Positions 44,807 to 52,278 of a stretch of 64,000 nt of DNA are shown here, piece by piece. Under the pieces are notes generated by a model. The model was given only the letters and a program-made list of their open reading frames with translations, searched no databases and was not told the origin of the DNA. Numbering within the stretch: the stretch's first letter is position 1; each line of letters begins with the position of its first letter. This stretch comes from an uncultured Oscillospiraceae bacterium (GTDB taxonomy: Bacteria > Bacillota > Clostridia > Oscillospirales > Oscillospiraceae): assembly GCA_944385705.1 (NCBI GenBank), contig CALWYF010000001.1:3118-67117 (forward strand), written 5' to 3'. A program made the position numbers and the translations under genes.

Positions 44807-45721
44807 ATGCCTGAAATATTTGGTGCTGCCCTAATGGGCAGCGGCGGGGTAGGCGCAACGCTAACCATCACCGGCGTGGCGGGGGACATCTGCAACATCA
44901 CCGGCAACGGCAAGACCTACACCAAGACCTTTGACAGCTCTGGCCAGGCAGTGTTTAAGGGGCTGGCCACGGGAGAGTACACCGTGACCATGACGGACGG
45001 TGAGCAGACCTCCACCAAGACCGTAACCGTTACGGCAGATTATGCAACGGCGATAACCTATTTCGCCGCTACGATCAGCATAACCTATCCCGCAACTAGC
45101 ACCTGTACCGTGGCCAACAGCAGCGGTGAAACTGTGGCCAGCGACACAAACACCGGCACGGATGCTAAGACCTGGACTGCTACGGTTGAAGCGGTTGATA
45201 CCTACACCATCACAGCGACTGCCACAGACGGCAGCAAGACCAAGTCTGCCACGGTGGAGATAACGGCGGAGGGCCAGAGCGAGAACGTGACACTGAGTTA
45301 TGATTTAGTTCTGCTTGACGCCAAAGGGCTAAATAGCGCATACAGACTGTCGTCGTGGACTAGCTATACTATCGATAGTAATGGTATCACTTGGGACACA
45401 TCGAATGAAAACGTAAGGGCTTGTATTACGCCAGCTATAGACTTGACTGAATATTCGTCCTTAGAAGTTGTGTACTCAATAACCAATAGCGGGACTGGCA
45501 ATCCAGCGGGAAGTATCGGTTTTCAAACTACGTCAGACTATATGAATTACAGCGGAAACGACAATAACAATTTCAATGGCTATTTCAAACCAAAATTTGG
45601 GTCAATCAAAGCGACGGGAAGGGTTGATTTGAGCAGTATGAGCGGAAAATATTACTACGCACATCATCAACAAAGCACTAAGAAACTCACTGTTCACAGC
45701 ATTATTCTGAGGAGGGCATGA
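44807..45721 (+). CDS. putative receptor-binding / tail fibre-associated protein (two-part composition)
   Basis: 304 aa; Thr-rich beta-like N-half. The C-terminal ~140 aa is visibly AT-rich. Confidence 0.5.
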   Translation: MPEIFGAALMGSGGVGATLTITGVAGDICNITGNGKTYTKTFDSSGQAVFKGLATGEYTVTMTDGEQTSTKTVTVTADYATAITYFAATISITYPATSTCTVANSSGETVASDTNTGTDAKTWTATVEAVDTYTITATATDGSKTKSATVEITAEGQSENVTLSYDLVLLDAKGLNSAYRLSSWTSYTIDSNGITWDTSNENVRACITPAIDLTEYSSLEVVYSITNSGTGNPAGSIGFQTTSDYMNYSGNDNNNFNGYFKPKFGSIKATGRVDLSSMSGKYYYAHHQQSTKKLTVHSIILRRA

Positions 45722-45724
45722 CCA

Positions 45725-46030
45725 ATGACAATCTACATAGACAGTGATTATAAGTGCCATACCTCCCCCGGCGAAGGGATGACCGCCGTGGAGACGGACT
45801 TCTTCGATGGCAAATGCTCTGCCTACATAGAGGGCTACCGCTACGTCCCGGCGGGCCAGTCCTGGACGCGCGCGGATGGCGTAATCTTCACCGGGGAAAT
45901 GATTGCCCCGGCGGAGGACAGCAAGCTTTTAGAGGCCGCCCAGGCGGCTTACGAGGAGGCGCTGGCAGCATCGGCCGCCAAGTCGGCAGATATGCAGTCG
46001 GCTCTTGAGGTACTGGGGGTGCACCCATGA
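45725..46030 (+). CDS. hypothetical tail-region protein
   Basis: 101 aa; RBS GAGGAGGG. Confidence 0.5.
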   Translation: MTIYIDSDYKCHTSPGEGMTAVETDFFDGKCSAYIEGYRYVPAGQSWTRADGVIFTGEMIAPAEDSKLLEAAQAAYEEALAASAAKSADMQSALEVLGVHP

Positions 46031-46470
46031 GCTACTACGAGAACGCCCTGAAGATGCGGCCCTACATAGAGAAGGCGGCGGCTAGCCTCAGCGACGCAGA
46101 GGCATTGGAGGTACCCACCATGTTCCCGGCCTGGGCCGTGGGCTTGGAAGTGCAGCCGGGTGAAAGATACTACTACACTCCAAATAAGACCCTGTACAAG
46201 TGCAAGGAGGGACAGGGGCACACCACCCAGGCCCCCTGGACGCCAGATATTACTCCGGCGCTCTGGGAGCCGGTGGACGTGGAGCACAGCGGCACAATAG
46301 ACGACCCAATCACCGCCGCCGCAGGTATGACCTACATCAAGGATCTGTACTATCTGGACCCCAGCGACAGCAAGATCTATCTTTGCACACGGCAAGACAC
46401 GCCGAGCGGGACAAGTCTGCAGTATCTGCCTCACGACCTTGTGGGGATATACTTTGAGACGGTGACATGA
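46027..46470 (+). CDS. hypothetical protein with CBM5/12-like carbohydrate-binding motif
   Basis: YKCKEGQGHTTQAPWTPDITPALWEPV resembles the chitin-binding CBM5/12 signature. Confidence 0.5.
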   Translation: MSYYENALKMRPYIEKAAASLSDAEALEVPTMFPAWAVGLEVQPGERYYYTPNKTLYKCKEGQGHTTQAPWTPDITPALWEPVDVEHSGTIDDPITAAAGMTYIKDLYYLDPSDSKIYLCTRQDTPSGTSLQYLPHDLVGIYFETVT

Positions 46471-46513
46471 TGGACGACGACAAGAGCCTGAGCGGTCTTA
46501 TTGAGGAGGACGA

Positions 46514-47224
46514 ATGACAACAACAGAAAAGGCTATAAGCCAGATGGAGGCCTGGGCAGCAGATGACAGCCACGGGTATGACCAGCAGTATAGATGGGGA
46601 GAACGTGGCGACTACGACTGCAGCGCTGCAGTTATCCAGGCTTGGGAGCTGGCCGGTGTGCCTGTCAAAAGCTCCGGGGCCACATACACCGGCAATATGC
46701 GGGGCGTGTTCCTGCGATGTGGTTTTGAGGATGTGACCGCCGGGATAGACCTGGCCACCGGCTCCGGGCTGCAGCGGGGCGACGTGCTGCTGAACATCTC
46801 CAACCACACTGCAATGTACTGCGGCAACGGCATGGAGGTTGAGGCCAGCATCAATGAGCTGGGCACCGTCACCGGCGGACAGCCTGGGGACCAGACGGGC
46901 CGGGAATTTCTGGTGCGGCCTTACCGAAACTATCCCTGGAACTGCGTGCTGCGCTACGGCGGCGAAGGCGGGACGACCTCCGTAAGGCCCAGACCATCAT
47001 ATGAATACAGTGTGCAGCTGGGACTTTTGAAGGAGGGCATGGAGGACGTCCAGGTGCGGACCGTGCAGCAGCTGCTGGCGGCCAAAGGCTACGAGCCCGG
47101 AGAGGCAGACGGCATTATGGGCGAGGCCACTGTGGGCGCTGTACGAGCTTTCCAGGAAAACTCGGCCTTGCTGGCTGACGGCGAGGTGGGCGGCGATACC
47201 TGGAGCAAGCTGCTGAAGGGGTGA
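46514..47224 (+). CDS. endolysin: Cys-His peptidoglycan hydrolase domain + PG_binding_1 domain
   Basis: YDCSAAVIQAWELAG (Cys) and NHTAMYCG (His); C-terminal VRTVQQLLAAKGYEPGEADGIMGEATVGAVRAFQ. Confidence 0.85.
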   Translation: MTTTEKAISQMEAWAADDSHGYDQQYRWGERGDYDCSAAVIQAWELAGVPVKSSGATYTGNMRGVFLRCGFEDVTAGIDLATGSGLQRGDVLLNISNHTAMYCGNGMEVEASINELGTVTGGQPGDQTGREFLVRPYRNYPWNCVLRYGGEGGTTSVRPRPSYEYSVQLGLLKEGMEDVQVRTVQQLLAAKGYEPGEADGIMGEATVGAVRAFQENSALLADGEVGGDTWSKLLKG

Positions 47225-47228
47225 TAAT

Positions 47229-47459
47229 ATGTCTGAATCTATAGTAACTGCACTGATTACTGGACTTATTACTCTTGTCGGCGTAATCATAAGCAACGGC
47301 AAGTCCCAGGCAGTGGTAGAAACTAAGGTAAATGAGCTCACCCGGGAGGTCCGAGAACACAATAACTTTGCCCGGCGCATGCCAGTAGTAGAAGAGCAGA
47401 TAAAAGTTATAAATCATCGCATAGCGGATTTGGAAGAATTTCATGCCCCTAAGGGCTAA
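47229..47459 (+). CDS. small membrane-anchored coiled-coil lysis-module protein (XhlA-like, tentative)
   Basis: N-terminal TM IVTALITGLITLVGVIISN followed by a coiled coil. Confidence 0.5.
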   Translation: MSESIVTALITGLITLVGVIISNGKSQAVVETKVNELTREVREHNNFARRMPVVEEQIKVINHRIADLEEFHAPKG

Positions 47460-47475
47460 AATCAGGAGGTAAGAA

Positions 47476-47991
47476 ATGAAAAAGAGAATAGCAGCAGTGA
47501 TAATGATACTTTCAATAGCCGCCGCTCTCGGCGGCTGCGCAGCCATGGAGGATGAGACCGTAAATGCAATTGCTATGGAGGCAATAAGCTCCGTGCTGAG
47601 CGTGGTGGCCCAGCTGGCGGTAGCCGGGCTCAGCGTGGGACTTACCTGGTGTGTTACCCGCATAGCAAAAACCGAAAAATTTAAGTCAATTTCCGAGGTG
47701 CTCACCCAGCTCTCGACCACCGTAGAGGACACCGTGGGCGAGCTCCAGCAGACGGTGGTGGATGGCCTCAAGGCAGCGGCCTCCGACGGCAAATTGACGC
47801 CGGAGGAAGTGTCTGCTCTTAATGCAAAGCTTCTTGATTTGGTAAAGGCCAAAATGGCTCAGCCAGCTATAGATCTTCTCAGTGCTGCACAGATAGATAT
47901 AAACGCCTTGATTATAGGCATGGCGGAAAGTGCCATCAAAAAAATGAAGTCCTCCGCAGTGCCTGTAGGAGAGCTGATTGTAAGCGAATAA
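47476..47991 (+). CDS. putative holin / lipobox membrane protein (LL-H-like, tentative)
   Basis: Signal/lipobox LSIAAALGGC, a second TM, then a helical tail; last gene of the lysis module. Confidence 0.5.
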   Translation: MKKRIAAVIMILSIAAALGGCAAMEDETVNAIAMEAISSVLSVVAQLAVAGLSVGLTWCVTRIAKTEKFKSISEVLTQLSTTVEDTVGELQQTVVDGLKAAASDGKLTPEEVSALNAKLLDLVKAKMAQPAIDLLSAAQIDINALIIGMAESAIKKMKSSAVPVGELIVSE

Positions 47992-48003
47992 ATACAAGAA
48001 AAA

Positions 48004-48025
48004 GGAGGCTATGGCCTCCTTTTTC
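48004..48025 (+). terminator. late-operon terminator
   Basis: ggaggc / gcctcc stem followed by T6. Confidence 0.7.
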
Positions 48026-48048
48026 TTGCGAAAAAATTGAAAAAACTC

Positions 48049-48077
48049 TTGACAATGCGCTAATATTGGCGTATAAT
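48049..48077 (+). promoter_or_regulatory. consensus sigma-70 promoter of the right-end cassette, with an imperfect palindrome in the spacer
   Basis: TTGACA (48049-54), 17 nt, TATAAT (48072-77). The spacer contains CGCTAATATTGGCG. Confidence 0.75.
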
Positions 48078-48108
48078 AAAGACACAATAAAGGAAGGGGA
48101 AAAAAACA

Positions 48109-48411
48109 ATGATAACCAAAGAAGAAATAAAGAGCTGGATTAAGAATCACGCTGCAGCCGAATTTGAACCGGAGCATATAGACTACTACTTGCATATCAC
48201 AGATGACGGTGAAGTGGTAGACAATTTTTCCAAGGCAGATAAATCCTTTGTGTGTAGCCTTCGCCCGTCCGACTTCGGGCTCACTCAGGAAGAATATGAA
48301 GCTGCAGAAAACCCCGAGGCAATTTACAGCCATGAGGTAGATGGCGATCCAATCTATGAAGAAATCGTGGAAAATCTCCTAAAGCAGGCTCAAAAATATT
48401 TGGAGTCTTAA
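48109..48411 (+). CDS. small acidic hypothetical protein (moron)
   Basis: 100 aa, rich in D/E; own promoter; between the lysis terminator and attR. Confidence 0.6.
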   Translation: MITKEEIKSWIKNHAAAEFEPEHIDYYLHITDDGEVVDNFSKADKSFVCSLRPSDFGLTQEEYEAAENPEAIYSHEVDGDPIYEEIVENLLKQAQKYLES

Positions 48412-48412
48412 G

Positions 48413-48604
48413 ATGACAGTAAAAGAAGCTCTAGCAAAGGCTGGAATCTCCCAATCCGAGCTTTCACGGCGGAGTGGGGTCAATTTAAGGCAGGTACAGA
48501 AGCTGGTTGCTGGTGAAATCCTACTGTCGAATATGACGGCAAAAAACGCTTTATCAATCGCTGATGCATTGAGCATTAATCTTCGAGAGCTATTAAAGGG
48601 ATGA
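48413..48604 (+). CDS. small XRE-family HTH protein
   Basis: GISQSELSRRSGVNLRQVQKLVAGE HTH; 63 aa; starts 1 nt after the previous stop. Confidence 0.75.
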   Translation: MTVKEALAKAGISQSELSRRSGVNLRQVQKLVAGEILLSNMTAKNALSIADALSINLRELLKG

Positions 48605-48621
48605 TTTTACCTGTAATTTAG

Positions 48622-48674
48622 TACCCCCAAAAATACCCCCAGAGGGTCAGAAATACCCCCAATTTTACCCCCAA
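48622..48674 (+). repeat. four direct TACCCCCA(A/G) repeats next to attR (putative integrase arm-type sites)
   Basis: Copies at 48622, 48634, 48654 and 48666. Confidence 0.6.
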
Positions 48675-48718
48675 AATCTGAAATTTGCTGGGCAAATATG
48701 GAGGCAACTGAATAAATG

Positions 48719-48754
48719 AAAAAGCCTGTAATCACTGAGATTACAGGCTTTTTT
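48719..48754. terminator. phage-borne bidirectional terminator abutting the tRNA-Lys 3' end
   Basis: 11-bp stem agcctgtaatc / gattacaggct flanked by an A-run and a T-run. On the minus strand it follows the tRNA CCA end by 2 nt. Confidence 0.75.
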
Positions 48755-48756
48755 GC

Positions 48757-48802
48757 TGGTGCTCCAGCGGGGATTCGAACCCCGGACACCCTGCTTAAAA
48801 GG
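48757..48802. repeat. attR: 46-bp core, within the intact tRNA-Lys
   Basis: Identical to 13616-13661. Confidence 0.95.
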
Positions 48803-48832
48803 CAGGTGCTCTGCCTACTGAGCTACTGGGGC
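48757..48832 (-). tRNA. tRNA-Lys (anticodon UUU), CCA encoded
   Basis: Hand-folded cloverleaf: GCCCCAG acceptor, GCTC/GAGC D-stem, CCTGC-CTTTTAA-GCAGG anticodon arm, CGGGG-TTCGAAT-CCCCG T-arm; 76 nt. One C3:A70 mismatch. Confidence 0.9.
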
Positions 48833-48898
48833 AGGTATATAAAAGCTTCCGCTGCTCTGTTCCAAAGGGAAGAGAAGGGCTTGGAAAGGCTTTTTTAT

Positions 48899-48972
48899 TG
48901 GCTGGGATGGCGGGACTCGAACCCACTATATCGGAGTCAAAGTCCGGTGTGTTACCATTACACTACATCCCA
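48899..48972 (-). tRNA. tRNA-Gln (anticodon UUG)
   Basis: Acceptor TGGGATG/CATCCCA, anticodon loop CTTTGAC, T-loop TTCGAGT, CCA encoded. Confidence 0.85.
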
Positions 48973-49020
48973 GTATTATAAACTGAGACCGGCACAGCCG
49001 GCCTCTGATTATATTTTATA

Positions 49021-49097
49021 TGGGGTGGGATATGGGGCTCGAACCCACGACACCCGGAACCACAATCCGGTGCTCTACCAACTGAGCTAATCCCACC
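49021..49097 (-). tRNA. tRNA-His (anticodon GUG) with G-1
   Basis: Extra 5' G pairing with C73, anticodon loop TTGTGGT, T-loop TTCGAGC. Confidence 0.88.
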
Positions 49098-49110
49098 ATA
49101 TTTTAAATTT

Positions 49111-49187
49111 TGGCACGCCAAGAGGGATTCGAACCCCCGACCTACTGCTTAGAAGGCAGTTGCTCTATCCTGCTGAGCTATTGGCGC
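49111..49187 (-). tRNA. tRNA-Arg (anticodon UCU)
   Basis: Acceptor GCGCCAA/TTGGCGT, anticodon arm ACTGC-CTTCTAA-GCAGT, T-loop TTCGAAT. Confidence 0.88.
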
Positions 49188-49219
49188 ATATCTGTTGTCG
49201 GCACCCGCAGCTTTACAGG

Positions 49220-49293
49220 TGGAGCGGGTGATGGGAATCGAACCCACGTATCCAGCTTGGAAGGCTGGTGTTCTACCATTGAACTACACCCGC
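49220..49293 (-). tRNA. tRNA-Gly (anticodon UCC)
   Basis: Acceptor GCGGGTG/CACCCGC, anticodon loop CTTCCAA, T-loop TTCGATT. Confidence 0.88.
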
Positions 49294-49320
49294 AAGGCTG
49301 TTCCCTATTCAGCCAGGAGA

Positions 49321-49350
49321 TAATACCATAATTATGGGCTAAATGTCAAC
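49321..49350 (-). promoter_or_regulatory. promoter of the five-tRNA operon
   Basis: Minus strand reads TTGACA, 18 nt, TATTAT, about 27 nt upstream of tRNA-Gly. Confidence 0.65.
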
Positions 49351-49378
49351 AGCTTTTATAAAATTTTCCGGGGAAAAT

Positions 49379-50248
49379 TCATATGAATATATTTATCACG
49401 CCCAGTACCAGCAAATGCAGAGGGTACACCGCATAAAAGGCCAGCTTCATTGCCGGGCCCTTCTTGCCGTTATACAGCAGCACCGGCAGCAGGGAGATGA
49501 GGGAAAACCAGAACATGAGCTGAGGACCGCTTCCCCAATATTCAAAGAAGCACCACAGGCCTATAACAGCCAGTTGGGCTGCCCGCCAGCGGCGAAAGAC
49601 ATAGAGGCCCAGCATGAGCACGAGGCCCATATAACCGTAATCGGAATTGGGAACCAGCAACACCGTTGCCACGGCCAGGAGAGTGCCCAGAACCACGGTC
49701 TTTACCAGAGACTTGTCCCGGTCTCCCAGATCGTCCAGCACCGCCATTGCCGCCAGAGCGAAGCTGAGAGTATAGAATATATTCAGGGTGCCGCCCAGAA
49801 ACTGCACGTTGAAGAGCTGGAGTCGGACGCCGCCTATCAGCAGGAAAAGAGCCGCATAAAGAGCGGAGATATCCGCCTTTACCAGCAGAATATAGGCTAT
49901 CACGGCGATGAGGGTAAAGGCAAGGTAGGGAAGCAGCTCATAGTTGAAAGAAAGGCTGAAATATTCCGGGGTACCGTAACCATAATTCAGAAGGGAGAAG
50001 GACAGGGTAAAGGGTATCTGGGAGAGTAGGGCAAACAGAAGGAGCCGGGACAGGTAGCGCTGCCGGTTGGAGGTCTTCTGAAAGCCGTTGACCAAGAGAA
50101 AGGCATACACAGGGAAGGCTATGCGCCCAACAGAACGCATAAGCTCATATACCGGTCCGCCGATAAAGGCGTTGGTACCCAGAAAAAAACCTGTATGGTC
50201 TATGATCATGGCCGCCAGGGCTATTATCTTTAATACGAATACGCTCAT
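49379..50248 (-). CDS. TraX-family membrane protein
   Basis: MSVFVLKIIALAAMIIDHTGFFL N-terminus; polytopic membrane protein. Confidence 0.8.
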   Translation of the reverse strand: MSVFVLKIIALAAMIIDHTGFFLGTNAFIGGPVYELMRSVGRIAFPVYAFLLVNGFQKTSNRQRYLSRLLLFALLSQIPFTLSFSLLNYGYGTPEYFSLSFNYELLPYLAFTLIAVIAYILLVKADISALYAALFLLIGGVRLQLFNVQFLGGTLNIFYTLSFALAAMAVLDDLGDRDKSLVKTVVLGTLLAVATVLLVPNSDYGYMGLVLMLGLYVFRRWRAAQLAVIGLWCFFEYWGSGPQLMFWFSLISLLPVLLYNGKKGPAMKLAFYAVYPLHLLVLGVINIFI

Positions 50249-50322
50249 GGCTCGTCCTCATTTCCGTCTGTTTTAAGTCTTATGAAAATATAGACGCTCT
50301 GAAAGCGGACAAGTTCCTGAGT

Positions 50323-51660
50323 TTATTTCCCGGGACGGGCCCGCTCCAGGACCTTTTTATAGGGAGCCATCATACCGGCATTGAAGCGCGCTCTCATTTT
50401 TCCGCTGTCTTTGGAGCTGCGCATCAAGGCGCCCACCAGGCACATTGCCAGCATACGGCCCCGGCGCTTCTGGGGAAAGTCATACAGCCCCCGGGACTTA
50501 TAGAACTGGTGGTCGGCCTTCATAAGACCACGCATCATCCAGATAAGGTCCCGGAATATCTTCATGCCTCCCACGCCGTAGAAGTTCCTGGGCTGGACGT
50601 ATTTGTGCTCCAGAGCATAGGCCAGGCGGCGGGCGGTATTTTCCATAGTTGGGATATCGTAGCCCGCCCCGGCAAAGAAATTGTGTCCCACCTGGGCCCG
50701 GGCCTCCAGAAGAGTTTTCAGATTCTCCTCATGCTCATAGTCGCCGTTTATGATGTAGGCAACGCTCTTGCCCTCGGTGAGGGTGCGGTGGCCGTTGCAG
50801 AACTGCCGGTCGTCAAACATCTTGAAGCGGCTGCCCATACTGTGATCCTTTATGGTAAAGGCGTAGATAGTGGCGTCGGCGTTCTGGATGCTGTTTCTCA
50901 GCATGGAGTCAAAGCCGTCCTTATATACGCATTTTCCTGAGGCCGTGCATCCGAAGCAGCCCAGGCAGCCTCCCTTGAATTCAAAGTCCCCGATGTTTAC
51001 AAAGCGGGTCTTATAGGGATAGAGGGCGGTAAAGTCCTTTATCATGGCCCGAAGGCTCTCGTCCCCTTCCCGCAGGTCCCCCACGATGACGGTGTCAAAG
51101 CCTCCCTCCTTCACCCCGGGTTCCAGGCTCTGGACATAGTTTTGAGGGGCAGAGGGCAGAGCAGGGGGAGCAGGCTCATATATGCCCTTTTCCACACAGT
51201 GGATAAGATAGAGGAAAAAGTCCTCCGCCTCCTTCCGTCCCTGGGGGCTCAGCAGGTCTTCCATACCGGCGGACAGGCCGTGTATCACGCGCATGCCCAT
51301 GTCGTGGCAGTTGTCCTCTATAAAGCGGTGAGCGGTGATGTCGTAAAAATGCATGGAGGTGCTCAGCTGGCTCACATAGATATCCCGGAAGTCCGCCCCG
51401 CTGCGCTTCATAAGCTCTATGAAACGGTGTAGCTGGGAGGGCACCAGGAAGGTATACACCGGGTAGGAAAAGAGCAGCAGCTCGGCGGAGCGTATGGCTT
51501 CCACCGCCCCGCTCATGTCCCGTTCAAAGCTCTGTATGCCCGCCCCCACGTTGAGAAAATCAAACTCGTGGGCGGGAAAGCGCTTCTCCAGATACAGCAG
51601 AGTCTGCAAGGTGACGCTGTTCTTCCCTCTTGGGGAGCCGTTTATGACGCATATCTTCAT
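50323..51660 (-). CDS. flavodoxin-fold NAD(P)H-dependent oxidoreductase-like protein with C-terminal extension
   Basis: Start MKICVINGSPRGKNSVT (ATG 51658-60) after AGGAGAAG; FMN-reductase-like N-domain repeated later (VIVGD...). Confidence 0.65.
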   Translation of the reverse strand: MKICVINGSPRGKNSVTLQTLLYLEKRFPAHEFDFLNVGAGIQSFERDMSGAVEAIRSAELLLFSYPVYTFLVPSQLHRFIELMKRSGADFRDIYVSQLSTSMHFYDITAHRFIEDNCHDMGMRVIHGLSAGMEDLLSPQGRKEAEDFFLYLIHCVEKGIYEPAPPALPSAPQNYVQSLEPGVKEGGFDTVIVGDLREGDESLRAMIKDFTALYPYKTRFVNIGDFEFKGGCLGCFGCTASGKCVYKDGFDSMLRNSIQNADATIYAFTIKDHSMGSRFKMFDDRQFCNGHRTLTEGKSVAYIINGDYEHEENLKTLLEARAQVGHNFFAGAGYDIPTMENTARRLAYALEHKYVQPRNFYGVGGMKIFRDLIWMMRGLMKADHQFYKSRGLYDFPQKRRGRMLAMCLVGALMRSSKDSGKMRARFNAGMMAPYKKVLERARPGK

Positions 51661-51774
51661 TCCGCTTCTCCTGTCTCCGTGCTGCCGGTCCAAAGACGCA
51701 GACCGGCGATGATTCTATTTACATAATATCATTTTACAATTATAAACCATAAGAGGGAAAAAATCTACACAAGA

Positions 51775-51811
51775 AAAATAAAAAGGGGCGGACTGAAAAA
51801 CTCAGTCCGCC
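51775..51811 (-). terminator. terminator-like hairpin in the 5' region of the flavoprotein gene
   Basis: ggcggactga / tcagtccgcc stem followed by a T-rich run on the minus strand. Confidence 0.5.
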
Positions 51812-52011
51812 AAACAGGGTTGTGGGATAAAGATATGAGCCGGGTCTTTCAGAACGAAAGACCAATTGGATAAGCTGTGATTATAAGATAGTACATTTTT
51901 TAAAACTTGTAAAGAGCGAGAAAAGTCGGAAAAACACTAGTTTTGCCGGACGCATATTTTTTTTATTTTCGGATACAATACAAGGGAAACCATTTGAGAG
52001 GAGTAAGGCTC

Positions 52012-52224
52012 ATGATCATGGATCGAATTGCTCTGGTGCTGGCCATTATCGGCGGCATTAACTGGGGCAGCGTGGGGCTGTTTCGCTTCGACCTGGTGGC
52101 GTGGCTCTTCGGCGGCCAGACCGCAACGGTCAGCCGCGTGATCTATACTCTGGTGGGGCTGGCATCCCTGTGGTGCATTTCCCTGCTCTTCAGGAGCGAC
52201 GCCATCACCGACGATAACGTATAA
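52012..52224 (+). CDS. DUF378 family membrane protein
   Basis: IALVLAIIGGINWGSVGLFRFDLVAWLFGG is the DUF378 signature. Confidence 0.85.
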   Translation: MIMDRIALVLAIIGGINWGSVGLFRFDLVAWLFGGQTATVSRVIYTLVGLASLWCISLLFRSDAITDDNV

Positions 52225-52234
52225 GCAAACTGTG

Positions 52235-52266
52235 AAAACGGGCGGCCCGCCGGGCCGCCCGTTTTC
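52235..52266. terminator. bidirectional GC-rich terminator
   Basis: acgggcggccc / gggccgcccgt stem between convergent genes. Confidence 0.7.
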
Positions 52267-52278
52267 ATCGTGGTATTT

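Larger units (their letters stand above)
13616..48802. mobile_element. integrated HK97-like siphovirus-type prophage (~35 kb), tRNA-Lys insertion
   Basis: Tyrosine integrase next to attL, 46-bp att direct repeats, and complete lysogeny, replication, packaging, head, tail and lysis modules. Confidence 0.93.

Noticed and set aside
48757-48832. C3:A70 mismatch in the tRNA-Lys acceptor stem as a sign that integration damaged the tRNA
   Set aside because: The base corresponding to A70 is identical in attL (host-derived side) and attR (phage-derived side). So the mismatch pre-dates integration and is a native feature, or a C-A wobble, rather than phage-induced damage.
48607-49331. ORFs 48607..48789(-), 48716..49090(+) and 49110..49331(+)
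   Set aside because: They are read through five tRNA genes and their spacers and are not coding.
49343-50029. 228-aa plus-strand ORF opposite the TraX gene
   Set aside because: It is antisense to a well-formed polytopic membrane protein gene. The translation is His/Gln-rich low complexity with no RBS.
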